Source: Mycobacteriales bacterium (GTDB lineage Bacteria > Actinomycetota > Actinomycetes > Mycobacteriales > CADCTP01). Taken from it: a DNA stretch of 64,000 nt. Each line of letters opens with the position of its first letter. Positions within the stretch are counted from its first letter, which is position 1. The translations under genes and the position numbers were made by a program. Shown here one piece after another: positions 54,116 through 64,000 of the stretch. The stretch covers positions 1,806-65,805 of the forward strand of contig JBJMII010000123.1 of assembly GCA_045806925.1 (NCBI GenBank), given 5' to 3'. The notes beneath the pieces were generated by a model, which was not told the DNA's origin, made no database searches, and saw only the letters and a list, made by a program, of their open reading frames with translations.

Positions 54116-54922
54116 GTGGTACGCCCGGTCGGGGAGCGTCCGCGGCGCGTCCAGCGTTGGGCAGGCGTGCGGACCCGGGTGGCGATCGGCGGCGCCGCGC
54201 TGACCGTCGTGCTGGCGGCGCTCGTCGTGGTCGTGCTGGCCGGGGGCCCGGTGCGGGTGGCCGGCCGGGGCTCGGCCGCGCCGGTCCACCCGGCGGACCT
54301 GTGCCCGGCCGCCGGGGACGACGCCGCCCGGCTCGTCGAATGCGCGGCCGCCGACGTGGACCGGACCTGGACCGCACGGATCGGCAAGCCGGTCCGGCTC
54401 CGCGTGACCGTCGACCCGGCGCCGAGCGCCGTGCACCGGACCTGCCGCGACTTCCTCCGCTTCGGCACCGCCTTCTACTGCCCGTCCGACGCCCGCGCGT
54501 ACGTCACCGCGGCGGCCGTCAGCCGGGACCGGCGGGAGTTCGGCGACCGCCTGCCGTACGCGCTGGCCACGATCGTGGCGCACGAGGCCGGGCACCGGGT
54601 GCAGTTCGCGGTCGCCGAGCCGGAGCTGACCGCCGAGGGCGACGCCGCCAGCCGGCGGGTCGAGCAGCAGGCCGACTGCCTGGCCGGGGTGTGGGCCGCG
54701 GACGCCGCCCGGCGCGGCCTGCTCGACCTGCCGGACTTCCGCTCCGTCTACGCCCGGGAGATGCAGATCGTCAGCGCGCTGCGGCCGCCACGCGGCGGCG
54801 GGCTGGACGACTACGACGAGGTCGCCACGCACGGCACCCCGGCGCAGCGGTCCGCCGCCTTCGACCGGGGCACCGCCGGCCGCGACCCGCTCACCGCCTG
54901 CCGGCTGACCAGGGGACGCTAG
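54116..54922 (+). CDS. putative neutral zinc metallopeptidase (YpfJ-like)
   Basis: It has an N-terminal TM, FYCPSD, HEAGHRVQ, QADCLAGVWA, and a C-terminal HGTPAQR. Confidence 0.8.
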   Translation: MVRPVGERPRRVQRWAGVRTRVAIGGAALTVVLAALVVVVLAGGPVRVAGRGSAAPVHPADLCPAAGDDAARLVECAAADVDRTWTARIGKPVRLRVTVDPAPSAVHRTCRDFLRFGTAFYCPSDARAYVTAAAVSRDRREFGDRLPYALATIVAHEAGHRVQFAVAEPELTAEGDAASRRVEQQADCLAGVWAADAARRGLLDLPDFRSVYAREMQIVSALRPPRGGGLDDYDEVATHGTPAQRSAAFDRGTAGRDPLTACRLTRGR

Positions 54923-54972
54923 GACCGCGCCGCGGATCCTGCTGCGCCGCCGGGGATTCGCGCGACCCGCCC

Positions 54973-55551
54973 CTACAGGTACTGCCCGGTGCCGCCGGGC
55001 TGGCCCGGCTGCGGCCCGGGCTGGCCGATCCCCGGCATCGACGGCATCGACCCACCGGGCAGCGCCCGCCGGCGCATCTCCTCCAGCTGCACCCGGGCAG
55101 CCATCTGCTGGGCGAACAGCGCGGTCTGGATGCCGTGGAAGAGTCCCTCCAGCCAGCCGACCAGCTGCGCCTGCGCGATCCGCAACTCGGCGTCGGACGG
55201 GGTCGAGCTGTCCTCGAAGGGCAGCGTGAGCCGGTCCAGCTCCTCCCGCAGCTCGGCGGACAGGCCGTCCTCCAGCTCCTTGATGGAGGTCTGGTGGATC
55301 TCCCGCAACCGGGCCCGGCTCGCCTCGTCCAGCGGCGCCGCCCGGACCTCCTCCAGCAGCTGCTTGATCATGGTCCCGATCCGCATCACCTTCGCTGGCT
55401 GGGCGATCTGACCGGACGGGTCACCGCCGTCGCCGTCGTCCGACGCGTCCCCCGGGGCGCCCTGGGTCGTCCCGGTGGGCATCTCCACCTCGCCCATCGG
55501 CTGGCCGTCCGGCCCGACCACGACGACACGGTGCTGCTGCGGCTCGCTCAT
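54973..55551 (-). CDS. bpa: bacterial proteasome activator Bpa/PafE
   Basis: It has a four-helix region (KVMRIGTMIKQLLEEVR...) and the diagnostic C-terminal GQYL motif. Confidence 0.85.
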   Translation of the reverse strand: MSEPQQHRVVVVGPDGQPMGEVEMPTGTTQGAPGDASDDGDGGDPSGQIAQPAKVMRIGTMIKQLLEEVRAAPLDEASRARLREIHQTSIKELEDGLSAELREELDRLTLPFEDSSTPSDAELRIAQAQLVGWLEGLFHGIQTALFAQQMAARVQLEEMRRRALPGGSMPSMPGIGQPGPQPGQPGGTGQYL

Positions 55552-55650
55552 GCCCGCTCCTCGCTCATCTGCCCATCCTTCCCCACGCCGGCCGAATCAG
55601 GCCGGGGGGTGTGCCAACCTGTCGCACGATCACCCTCGTAGGGTTGTCGC

Positions 55651-56853
55651 ATGCCCTTCGACGTGGCTCGGGTCCGCGGACTGTTCTCGACGCTGGGCGA
55701 CGGCTACATCCACCTCGACGGGCCGGCCGGGACGCTGATTCCCGAGAGCGTGGCCCGGGCGGTCTCCGCCGCGCTGCGGGTGCCGCTGTCCAACCGGCAC
55801 GGCCCGTTCCCGTCCTCGGCCCGGGCCGACGCCCTGGTCGACGCGGCCCGCCGCTCGTTCGCCGAGCTGGTGGGTGGCGAGCCCGCGGGGGTGGTCCTCG
55901 GGCCGAACATGACCACGATCACGTACGGGCTGGCCAGGACGCTGGCCAAGACCTGGAAGGTCGGCGACGAGATCGTGGTCAGCCGGCTCGACCACGACGC
56001 GAACGTCCGGCCCTGGCTGGCCGCGGCGAAGGCGGCCGGCGCGGTGGTGCGCTGGGCCGAGATCGACATCGAGACCTGCGAGCTGCCGGAGTGGCAGTAC
56101 GACGAGCTGATCACCCGGCGGACCCGGCTGGTCGCGGTGACCGCGGCCAGCAACGCGGTCGGCACCCGGCCGGACGTGCGGGCGATCGCCGACCGCGCGC
56201 ACGGGGTGGGCGCGCTGATGCACGTCGACGGGGTGCACGCGACCCCGCACGGGCCGATCGACATGGCCGCGCTCGGTGCCGACTTCTACGCCACCAGCGC
56301 GTACAAGTGGGGCGGCCCGCACATGTCCGCGACGGTGGCCTCGCCCGCGGTGCTGGACCGGCTGGCGCCGGACAAGCTGGTGCCGTCGCCGGACTCGGTG
56401 CCGGACCGGTTCGAGACCGGGACGCCGGCCTTCGAGCTGATGGCCGGCGTGATCGCCGCGGTGGACCACCTGGCCGGGCTGGACGACGCCGCCACCGGCA
56501 GCCGGCGCAGCCGGATCCTGGCGTCCATGCGGGCGGTCCAGCGGTACGAGGCGCAGGTCTTCTCCCGGCTGGACTCCGGGCTGCGCAGCCTGCTGCACGT
56601 GTACGTGCTGGGCTCGCCGTCCGACCGGGCGCCGACGGTGGCGTTCTCGGTGGAGGGCTGGAAGCCGCGGGCGGTCACCGAGGAGCTGGCCCGGCGCGGG
56701 ATCTGCGCCTGGGACGGCAACTACTACGCGTACGAGCTGATGGAGGCGCTGGGCGTGGGCGAGCTGGGCGGCGCGGTCCGGGTGGGGCTGGTGCACTACA
56801 ACACGGCCCACGAGGTCGACCGCCTCCTCGACGCGCTGGCCGAGCTGGGTTGA
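55651..56853 (+). CDS. class V aminotransferase / cysteine-desulfurase-like protein
   Basis: It has the PLP-lysine region SAYKWGGPH, the HVDGVH motif, and family-typical length. Confidence 0.85.
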   Translation: MPFDVARVRGLFSTLGDGYIHLDGPAGTLIPESVARAVSAALRVPLSNRHGPFPSSARADALVDAARRSFAELVGGEPAGVVLGPNMTTITYGLARTLAKTWKVGDEIVVSRLDHDANVRPWLAAAKAAGAVVRWAEIDIETCELPEWQYDELITRRTRLVAVTAASNAVGTRPDVRAIADRAHGVGALMHVDGVHATPHGPIDMAALGADFYATSAYKWGGPHMSATVASPAVLDRLAPDKLVPSPDSVPDRFETGTPAFELMAGVIAAVDHLAGLDDAATGSRRSRILASMRAVQRYEAQVFSRLDSGLRSLLHVYVLGSPSDRAPTVAFSVEGWKPRAVTEELARRGICAWDGNYYAYELMEALGVGELGGAVRVGLVHYNTAHEVDRLLDALAELG

Positions 56854-56856
56854 CTT

Positions 56857-56873
56857 CGGGGGCCGGGCCCCCG
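56857..56873. terminator. GC palindrome between convergent genes
   Basis: The sequence is CGGGGGCC-G-GGCCCCCG, starting 4 nt after the stop at 56853. Confidence 0.35.
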
Positions 56874-56955
56874 GACCCCCGGGCGGCCACTGGGTGCGGC
56901 TGGGCCCATTGGTCCGCGCGGTCGCCCAGCGACGCGCCGTTGTCGCGGTGGTCCG

Positions 56956-57936
56956 TCAGGGGACCGTGAGGACGACCTTGCCGACGTGCTCGCCGGCCTC
57001 GACGACGCGGTGCGCCTCGGCGGCGTCCGGCATCGGCAGGACCCGGTCGACCACCGGCCGCACGCTGCCATCCGCGATCCACGGCCAGACCCGCTCCCGG
57101 ACCGCGGCCACGATCGCCGCCTTCTCCGCGGCCGGCCGGCCCCGCAGCGTCGTCGCCGCCACCGACGCCCGCTTGCGCATCAGCGCGCCGAGATCCAGCT
57201 CGGTCCGGCTGCCGCCCTGCAGGCCGATCACGACCAGCCGCCCGTTCGGCGCCAGCACGTCGACGTTGCGGGCCAGGTACGGGCCGCCCATGATGTCGAG
57301 GACGACGTCGACGCCGTGGCCGCCGGTCTCCGCCCGCGCCCGGGCGACGAAGTCCTCCTCCCGGTAGTCGATCGCGGCGTCGGCGCCGATGTCCAGGCAG
57401 CGCTCCCGCTTCGCGGCCGAGCCGACGGTGCACAGCACCCGGGCGCCGAGCCGCTTGGCCACCTGGATCGCGTGCGTGCCGATGCCGGACGCGCCGCCGT
57501 GCACCAGGAACGTCTCGCCCTCCCGCAGCTGGGCCAGCTGCCCGACGTTCGACCACACCGTGCAGGCGACCTCGGGCAGCGCCGCGGCCTCGACCAGCGA
57601 CAGCCCGCCCGGCACCGGCAGCAGCTGGCCGGCCGGCACCGCCACCCGCTGCGCGTACCCGCCGCCGCTGAGCAGCGCGCAGACCTCGGCGCCGACCGGC
57701 CAGCCGGTGACCCCGGCGCCGAGCGCGCTGATCCGGCCGGCGCACTCCAGTCCCGGGTACGGCGGGGCGCCGGGCGGCGGCGGGTAGTGCCCTTCCCGCT
57801 GCATCAGGTCGGCCCGGTTGACCGCGCTGGCGGCCACCTCGACGAGCACCTCGCCCGGCGCCGGCTCAGGATCCGGCACCTCGGTCCAGTCGAGCACCTC
57901 GGGACCGCCGGGCCGGGGGATCGCGATCGCCTGCAC
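56956..57936 (-). CDS. NAD(P)H:quinone oxidoreductase (zeta-crystallin/MDR family)
   Basis: It has VNRADLMQREGHYPPPPG, the GGASGIG nucleotide motif, and a C-terminal GKVVL. Confidence 0.9.
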   Translation of the reverse strand: MQAIAIPRPGGPEVLDWTEVPDPEPAPGEVLVEVAASAVNRADLMQREGHYPPPPGAPPYPGLECAGRISALGAGVTGWPVGAEVCALLSGGGYAQRVAVPAGQLLPVPGGLSLVEAAALPEVACTVWSNVGQLAQLREGETFLVHGGASGIGTHAIQVAKRLGARVLCTVGSAAKRERCLDIGADAAIDYREEDFVARARAETGGHGVDVVLDIMGGPYLARNVDVLAPNGRLVVIGLQGGSRTELDLGALMRKRASVAATTLRGRPAAEKAAIVAAVRERVWPWIADGSVRPVVDRVLPMPDAAEAHRVVEAGEHVGKVVLTVP

Positions 57937-57992
57937 CGCGCCAGCTTATGAGGCCCGGCAGCCCCCCGGATGCGGCCCTCTAGAGTGCGCCC

Positions 57993-59237
57993 GTGAGCCA
58001 CTACGGCGACTTCCAGAACGAGATCTACCTGCAGGGACTCGCCGGCACGGTCCCGGCGTACCCGGTGGAGGCCGGGGAGCTGGAGCGGGCCGGGCACGAG
58101 GCGATGTCCGACCGGACCCGGGGATACGTCGCCGGCGGCGCCGGCTCCGAGCGGACCATGGCGGCCAACCTCGCCGCGTTCGACCGGTGGCGGCTGCTGC
58201 CGCGGATGTTCCGCGGGGTGACGTCGCGGGACCTGTCCACTTCGGTGTGCGGGACCGGGCTGCCGGCACCGGTGCTGCTCGCGCCGATCGGCGTGCTGAG
58301 CATCGTGCACCCGGACGCGGAGCGGGCGGTGGCGCGGGCCGCCGCGGGGCTCGGGCTGCCGATGGTGCTGTCCTGCGCTTCCTCCACCTCGATGGAGGAG
58401 GTGCGGGCCGAGCTGGGCGACGCGCCCGGCTGGTTCCAGCTCTACTGGCCGAACGACCGGGGCCTGGCCCGCAGCCTGGTCCAGCGCGCCGAGGCGGCCG
58501 GGTACGGCGCGGTCGTGGTGACCCTGGACACCTGGCACCTCGGCTGGCGGCCGCGCGACCTGGCCACCGGCTACCTGCCGTTCCTGGTCGGGGAGGGGCT
58601 CGCGAACTACCTGTCCGACCCGGTGTTCCGGTCCGGGCTGGACAAGCCGCCGGAGCAGGACCTCCCGAGCGCGGTGCTGCGCTGGCTGGCGCTGTTCGCG
58701 GACCCGGCGCTGACCTGGGCGGACCTGGCCTGGCTGCGGGCGCAGACGGCGCTGCCGGTCCTGGTCAAGGGCGTGCTGCACGCTGACGACGCGCGGGCCG
58801 CGCTGGACGCCGGCGCCGCCGGGATCGTGGTGTCCAACCACGGCGGCCGGCAGGTGGACGGGGCGGTCGCCGCGCTCGACTGCCTGCCCGCGGTGCTGGA
58901 CGCGGTGCACGGCCGGGTGCCGGTGCTGCTCGACTCGGGCGTGCGGACCGGCGCCGACGTGGTCAAGGCGCTCGCCCTCGGTGCCGCCGCTGTCCTGGTC
59001 GGCCGGCCGTACGTGCACGGCCTCGCGCTGGGCGGCGAGTCCGGCGTCCGGCACGTCCTGCGCTGCCTGCTCGCGGACCTGGACCTCACCCTGGCCCTGA
59101 CCGGCCACCGTTGCCTGGCCGACCTCTCCCAGGACGGTGTGGCTCCCGCCCCTCTGGTCGACCGGACTTGGGCCGGCGGCTGGGGGACTACGGCGTGGCG
59201 GTGCTCGCCGCCACCTGAGCTGGGTCAGGTCCAGTAG
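57993..59237 (+). CDS. FMN-dependent alpha-hydroxy-acid oxidase/lactate 2-monooxygenase family
   Basis: It has FQNEIYLQG, the VTLDT, SNHGGRQ and DSGVRTG motifs, and a C-terminal ~30-aa extension. Confidence 0.88.
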   Translation: MSHYGDFQNEIYLQGLAGTVPAYPVEAGELERAGHEAMSDRTRGYVAGGAGSERTMAANLAAFDRWRLLPRMFRGVTSRDLSTSVCGTGLPAPVLLAPIGVLSIVHPDAERAVARAAAGLGLPMVLSCASSTSMEEVRAELGDAPGWFQLYWPNDRGLARSLVQRAEAAGYGAVVVTLDTWHLGWRPRDLATGYLPFLVGEGLANYLSDPVFRSGLDKPPEQDLPSAVLRWLALFADPALTWADLAWLRAQTALPVLVKGVLHADDARAALDAGAAGIVVSNHGGRQVDGAVAALDCLPAVLDAVHGRVPVLLDSGVRTGADVVKALALGAAAVLVGRPYVHGLALGGESGVRHVLRCLLADLDLTLALTGHRCLADLSQDGVAPAPLVDRTWAGGWGTTAWRCSPPPELGQVQ

Positions 59238-59713
59238 GTGTCGTGGCGGAGGTAGAACTCCGTCCAGGCCTGCTCGTCCATCGCTTCCTTGCGGGCGGCG
59301 TCGGCCAGGGTCTCGAAGTAGTCCTCCCGGGGCGCGCCGGGCGCGAAGAGGATGAGCATCGACGCCGGCTCGCCGGAGCAGTTGCGGAAGCCGTGGATGC
59401 CGCCCTCCGGCACGTAGAGGAAGTCGCCGGCCACCGCGTCCATCCAGCCCGACCCGTCGTGCAGCCGCACCTGTCCACTGAGGACGTAGAACGACTCCGA
59501 GATCGTCTTGTGGAAGTGCGGGTCCGGGCCGGTCCGCCCCGGCCCCATGTCCCACCGGTAGAGGCCGAACCGGCCGTGCGTCGAGGCGCCGGTGGCCAGG
59601 TACGCGGCGCCGCCGCCGGACGCGTTCACCAGCTCGGACGGGGCGTCGTGCGGCCGGAACGCGGCGCTGACCTCGCCGCTGCCGCCGGTGTAGCGCTCGG
59701 GGGGATACGACAT
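59225..59713 (-). CDS. cupin domain protein
   Basis: This 162-aa frame has HFHKTISESFYVLSG...YVPEGGIHGFRN. It overlaps the convergent oxidase gene by 13 nt. Confidence 0.8.
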   Translation of the reverse strand: MSYPPERYTGGSGEVSAAFRPHDAPSELVNASGGGAAYLATGASTHGRFGLYRWDMGPGRTGPDPHFHKTISESFYVLSGQVRLHDGSGWMDAVAGDFLYVPEGGIHGFRNCSGEPASMLILFAPGAPREDYFETLADAARKEAMDEQAWTEFYLRHDTYWT

Positions 59714-59748
59714 GCCCGCACCGTACCCAGTGCCCGGACCGGGGCGTC

Positions 59749-60909
59749 CTAGTACGACCTGGGCAGCCCGAGCGTGTGCGAGGCGACGAAGTTGAGGATC
59801 ATCTCCCGGCTGATCGGCGCGGTCCGGGCCAGCCGGGCCGCCCCCCACAGCGTGGCCAGCCCGTACTCGGTGGCGAAGCCGTTCCCGCCGTGCACCTGGA
59901 TCGCCTGGTCCAGCGCGAGCAGCGACGCTTCCGCCGCGGCGTACTTCGCCATGTTCGCCGCCTCGCCGGCTACGGCGTCCCGCCCGGCGTCGTAGAGCCA
60001 ACCGGCCTTCTGGGTCATCAGCCGGGCCAGCTCGACCTGGATCGCCGCGTTCGCCAGCGGGTGGGACAGCCCCTGGTGGGCGCCGATCGGCACCCCCCAG
60101 ACCGCCCGCTGCCGCGCGTACGCGGTGCCCTTGGCCAGCGCGTACCGCCCGATCCCGACCGCGAACGCGGCCCCGGTGATCCGCTCCGGGTTGAGTCCGG
60201 CGAACAGCGCGGCCAGGGCCGCCTCGGCCGTCTCGCCGACCACCGCGTCCGCCGGCAGCCGCACGCCGTCGAAGAACAGCTCGAACTGCTTCTCCGGCCC
60301 GGTGATCTCGACCGGGATCAGCGTGCGCTGGAACCCCGGCGCGTCGGTGGGCACCACCACCAATGCCGGCCGCAGCGCGCCGGTCCGCGCGTCCCGGGAG
60401 CGGGCGACGACCAGCACCGCGTGCGCCTCGTCCACCCCGGAGATGTACGTCTTCCGTCCGGTGAGGACGACGTCCGGACCGTCCCCGGTGAGCGTGGTGG
60501 TGATCTGGTGCGAGTTGGAGCCGGCGTCCGGCTCGGTGATCGCGAAGGCCATCTTCAGCTCGCCGGACGCGATCCCGGGCAGCCAGCGGCGCCGCTGCTC
60601 GCCGGTGCCGGAGCGGGCGATGACGCTCGCGCAGATGGCCGGCGACACCACCAGCAGCAGCAGCGGGCAGCCGGCGGCGGCCAGCTCCTCGCAGACGATG
60701 GACAGCTCGAGGATGCCGCGCCCGCCGCCGCCGTACTCCTCCGGCACGTTGACGCCCAGGTAGCCGAGGCGGCCGACCTCGTTCCACAGCTCGTCGGTCT
60801 TCTCCCCGGCCCGGGCCTTGTCCAGCCAGTAGCCGTGGCCGTAGCGGGCGGCCAGCTGCGCCACCGACTTGCGCAGCAGCTCCTGCTCGGCGGTCTCGGC
60901 GAAGTCCAT
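59749..60909 (-). CDS. acyl-CoA dehydrogenase
   Basis: The 386-aa protein has AFAITEPDAGSN, and HGGNGF near the C-terminus. Its ATG shares one nt with the upstream stop (TGATG). Confidence 0.9.
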   Translation of the reverse strand: MDFAETAEQELLRKSVAQLAARYGHGYWLDKARAGEKTDELWNEVGRLGYLGVNVPEEYGGGGRGILELSIVCEELAAAGCPLLLLVVSPAICASVIARSGTGEQRRRWLPGIASGELKMAFAITEPDAGSNSHQITTTLTGDGPDVVLTGRKTYISGVDEAHAVLVVARSRDARTGALRPALVVVPTDAPGFQRTLIPVEITGPEKQFELFFDGVRLPADAVVGETAEAALAALFAGLNPERITGAAFAVGIGRYALAKGTAYARQRAVWGVPIGAHQGLSHPLANAAIQVELARLMTQKAGWLYDAGRDAVAGEAANMAKYAAAEASLLALDQAIQVHGGNGFATEYGLATLWGAARLARTAPISREMILNFVASHTLGLPRSY

Positions 60910-62894
60910 CAGCCCTCCCTGTTCTCCGCAGCCGGCTCCGGAGCCGGCAAGGTCGCCGGCTCGACTGCCGGCTGGACTGCCGGCTCGATGCAGGCCAGCA
61001 CGTCCCCGGCGGCCACCTGCGACCCGTCGGTCACCCGCAGCTCGGTGACGGTGCCCTCCGCCGGTGCCGGCACCGGGTGCTCCATCTTCATCGCCTCCAG
61101 TGTCAGCAGCGGCTGGCCGGCGGTGACCCGGTCGCCCTTGGCCACCAGCACGGCGAGCACCACGCCGGGCATCGGTGCGGTCAGCGACCCGGGCGGCAGC
61201 GCGTGCGCGGGCTCCGGCAGCGGGTCCACTTCGGACAGCGTCACCGACCAACCGGGACCGTCCACGAAGGACACGTCGCCGACCGCGTGCACGCCGTACC
61301 CGGCCCGCACTCCGTCGTGCTCCAGCACGACCCGGTCCGGCGTCGCCTCCAGCACCGGGCAGGGAGCCGGCCGGTACGCGACCTCTACCATCCCGTGTGG
61401 ACCCTCGTACGTCGCGGTGGCCGGCCGGGACGGGTTGTTGCGCCAGCCGGCCGGCAGCGTGCGCAGCACCGGTGCGGCCGCCCGCCGGCGGGCCGATGCG
61501 GCCAGCGCCGCCGCCAGCGCGGCGTCCCGCACCTCGTCCGGGCCGGCCAGCGGGGCGAGCAGCTCCGGGTGCCGGTCCAGGAAGCCGGTGTCCGGCGCGG
61601 GTGAGCTCGTCGCGAAGCCGGGCGAGCGCAGCACCCGGACCAGCAGGTCCCGGTTGGTGGCGACGCCGTGGATCTCGGCCCGGGCCAGCGCGGCGGCGAG
61701 CCGCCGGGCCGCCTCCGCCCTGGTCGGGGCCCGGGCGATGAGCTTCGCCAGCATCGGGTCGTAGTGCGGCGAGACCTCGTCGCCGTCGGTCACCCCGGAG
61801 TCCAGCCGCAGGGTGTCCCCGTCCACGCCCGGGATGGACAGGCGGTGCAGCCGGCCCGTCGACGGGCGCCAGCCGGCGGCCGGGTCCTCGGCGTACAGCC
61901 GGGCCTCGACCGCGTGCCCGCGCACCGCCGGCGGCTCCGCGAACGGCAGCGGTCGCCCCTCGGCGACCGCGATCTGCAGCGCCACCAGGTCCAGCCCCAG
62001 CACCGCCTCGGTCACCGGGTGCTCGACCTGCAGCCGGGTGTTCATCTCCAGGAACGCCGCCGTGCCGTCCGGGGTCACCAGGAACTCGACCGTGCCCGCG
62101 CCGAGGTAGCCGACCGACCGGGCCGCGGCCACCGCCGCCTCGTGCAGCCGCGCCCGGGGACCGTCGGGCAGTGCCGCCGGCGCCTCCTCGACGATCTTCT
62201 GGTGCCGGCGCTGCACCGAGCAGTCCCGGTCGCCGAGCGCGAGCACGGTGCCGTGGGCGTCCGCGAGGACCTGCACCTCGACGTGCCGGGAGCCCGCCAG
62301 CCACCGCTCGACGAAGACGGTCCCGTCGCCGAAGGCGGACTCCGCCTCGCGCCCGGCCGCCGCCGCCGACCCGGCCAGCGCGGACCGGTCGTGCACCAGC
62401 CGCATCCCGCGCCCGCCGCCGCCGGCGGAGGCCTTGACCAGCAGCGGGTACGGCGCGTCCGCCGGCACCTCGTCCGGCGCCCAGGACGGCAGCACCGGCA
62501 CGCCGGCCCCGGCCACCCGCATCTTCGCGTCCACTTTGGACCCCATTGCGGCGATGGCGGCCGGCGGCGGCCCGATCCAGGTCAGCCCGGCGTCCAGCAC
62601 CGCGCGGGCGAAGCCGGCGTCCTCGCTGAGGAACCCGTAGCCGGGATGGACCGCGTCCGCGCCGGTCCGCCGGGCCGCGTCCACGAGCAGGTCGGCCCGC
62701 AGGTAGGTCTCGGCTGCGGCGGCGCCGGGCAGCCGCACCGCCGCGTCCGCCTCCCGGACGTGCGCGGCGGCAGCGTCCACGTCGGAGTGCACCGCGACCG
62801 GGGAGATGCCCAGCACCCGGCAGGTCCGGATCACCCGGCGGGCGATCTCGCCCCGGTTGGCGACCAGCAGCCGCCGGATGGCCGGCACGGTCAC
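60909..62894 (-). CDS. biotin-dependent acyl-CoA carboxylase alpha subunit (biotin carboxylase + BCCP)
   Basis: It has [36 protein letters not shown], and a C-terminal EAMKME biotinylation motif. Its GTG overlaps the upstream stop (GTGA). Confidence 0.9.
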   Translation of the reverse strand: MTVPAIRRLLVANRGEIARRVIRTCRVLGISPVAVHSDVDAAAAHVREADAAVRLPGAAAAETYLRADLLVDAARRTGADAVHPGYGFLSEDAGFARAVLDAGLTWIGPPPAAIAAMGSKVDAKMRVAGAGVPVLPSWAPDEVPADAPYPLLVKASAGGGGRGMRLVHDRSALAGSAAAAGREAESAFGDGTVFVERWLAGSRHVEVQVLADAHGTVLALGDRDCSVQRRHQKIVEEAPAALPDGPRARLHEAAVAAARSVGYLGAGTVEFLVTPDGTAAFLEMNTRLQVEHPVTEAVLGLDLVALQIAVAEGRPLPFAEPPAVRGHAVEARLYAEDPAAGWRPSTGRLHRLSIPGVDGDTLRLDSGVTDGDEVSPHYDPMLAKLIARAPTRAEAARRLAAALARAEIHGVATNRDLLVRVLRSPGFATSSPAPDTGFLDRHPELLAPLAGPDEVRDAALAAALAASARRRAAAPVLRTLPAGWRNNPSRPATATYEGPHGMVEVAYRPAPCPVLEATPDRVVLEHDGVRAGYGVHAVGDVSFVDGPGWSVTLSEVDPLPEPAHALPPGSLTAPMPGVVLAVLVAKGDRVTAGQPLLTLEAMKMEHPVPAPAEGTVTELRVTDGSQVAAGDVLACIEPAVQPAVEPATLPAPEPAAENREG

Positions 62895-64000
62895 CGGAAC
62901 ACCCCGTAGCCCCGGGTGCCCGTCCAGGACGACGAGTGCACGGCGGACAGGCACAGCCCGAGCACGGTCCGGGTGTCGCGCGGGTCGATCACCCCGTCGT
63001 CGTACAGCCGGCCGGACATCGCGAAGGCCAGCGACTGGGCCTCCACCTGCGACTCCACCATCTCCCGCAGCGCCCGGTCGGCGGCCTCGTCGTAGTCCTG
63101 GCCGCGCGCCGCGGCCGCCTGCCGGGCCACGATGGACAGCACCCCGGCCAGCTGCGCCGGACCCATCACGGCCGACTTCGCCCCCGGCCAGCTGAAGAGG
63201 AAGCGCGGGTCGTACGCCCGGCCGCACATCCCGTAGTTGCCCGCGCCGTAGGACGCTCCCAGCAGGACGGTGAGGTGCGGCACCCGCGAGTTCGACACGG
63301 CGTTGATCATCAGCGCCCCGTCCCGGATGATGCCGGCCTGCTCGTACGCGGTGCCGACCATGTAGCCGGTGGTGTTCTGCAGGAAGACCAGCGGGGTGTC
63401 GGTCTGGTTGGCGAGCTGGATGAACTGCGCGGCCTTCTGCGACTCCGCGCCGAAGAGCACGCCGCGGGCGTTGGCGAGCACGCCGACCGGGTAGCCGTGG
63501 ATCGACGCCCACCCGGTGACCAGCGAGCTGCCGTAGGCCGGCTTGTGGTCGTCGAAGCGGGACCCGTCCACCACCCGGGCCAGCACCTCGCGGGGGTCGA
63601 ACGGCACCCGCAGGTCGGCGCTGGCGATGCCGAGCAGCTCGTCGGTGTCGTGCAGCGGCTCGGCCGGCGGCCGGGACGGACCGGGGCCGGCCTTGCGCCA
63701 GTTGAGCCGGGAGACGATCTGCCGGCCGAGCCGCAGCGCGTCCCGCTCGTCCTCGGCCAGGTGGTCGGCCAGGCCGCTGACCCGGGCGTGCATCTCCGCG
63801 CCGCCGAGCGACTCGTCGTCGGCGTCCTCGCCGGTCGCCATCTTCACCAGCGGCGGGCCGCCGAGGAAGACCTTGGCCCGGTCCCGGACCATCACCACGT
63901 GGTCGCTCATCCCGGGCACGTACGCGCCGCCGGCGGTGGAGTTGCCGAAGACCAGTGCGACCGTCGGGATGCCGGCGGCGGACAGCCGGGTCAGGTCGCG
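62891..64000 (-). CDS. acyl-CoA carboxylase carboxyltransferase (beta) subunit, partial (N-terminus beyond the window)
   Basis: The frame stays open to base 64000 (..[33 protein letters not shown]..). It resembles methylcrotonoyl/propionyl-CoA carboxylase beta subunits. The ATG in the track ORF is internal. Confidence 0.9.
   Translation of the reverse strand, partial: RDLTRLSAAGIPTVALVFGNSTAGGAYVPGMSDHVVMVRDRAKVFLGGPPLVKMATGEDADDESLGGAEMHARVSGLADHLAEDERDALRLGRQIVSRLNWRKAGPGPSRPPAEPLHDTDELLGIASADLRVPFDPREVLARVVDGSRFDDHKPAYGSSLVTGWASIHGYPVGVLANARGVLFGAESQKAAQFIQLANQTDTPLVFLQNTTGYMVGTAYEQAGIIRDGALMINAVSNSRVPHLTVLLGASYGAGNYGMCGRAYDPRFLFSWPGAKSAVMGPAQLAGVLSIVARQAAAARGQDYDEAADRALREMVESQVEAQSLAFAMSGRLYDDGVIDPRDTRTVLGLCLSAVHSSSWTGTRGYGVFR

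Overview
Very high-GC window (clearly above 70 % by eye, not computed), densely packed and actinomycete-like. Supporting signs are a Bpa proteasome activator ending in GQYL, a PPOX/F420-type enzyme, a YCII plus ECF-sigma pair, many GTG starts, and about a dozen 4-nt GTGA/ATGA stop-start overlaps. I call about 65 protein-coding genes, almost all ordinary metabolism or housekeeping: rbsK plus nucleoside hydrolase, ggt, msrA, tenA, an Fpg/Nei glycosylase, a D-amino-acid-oxidase-like enzyme, recQ, arcA, malic enzyme, def, a homogentisate cluster (hmgA/IclR/fahA), larB-larC, pheA, serS, bpa, and an acyl-CoA carboxylase/ACAD cluster that runs off the right edge. RNA and regulatory elements I can support are a TPP riboswitch upstream of a CytX-like permease, several GC-rich hairpins, and two palindromic candidate operators. 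I found no rRNA, tRNA, CRISPR array, transposase, integrase or phage gene, so this does not look like a mobile island. The long Arg/Pro/Gly/Ala-rich ORFs in the track are shadow frames caused by the GC content. The most interesting points are listed here. (1) A 14-bp tandem repeat and a possible leaderless 23-codon uORF overlap the start of an orphan NTP_transf_5-like nucleotidyltransferase, which is followed by a small 2-TM protein. (2) A LytS-like/LytTR two-component pair is followed by a 37-bp perfect palindrome and two consecutive [small membrane protein + solute:sodium symporter] modules, and the second symporter is cut by one in-frame TAG. (3) An uncharacterised ORF sits where the isomerase step of the homogentisate pathway would be expected. 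(4) A small gene-decay zone holds ArsR and alpha/beta-hydrolase remnants. (5) Several translational couplings are unusual: arcA with a degenerate CYTH-like protein, P450 with YCII, cytX with PPOX, and larBC with a UPF0016 transporter. None of these is a demonstrated new system, and all functional calls rest on remembered family motifs rather than database searches.
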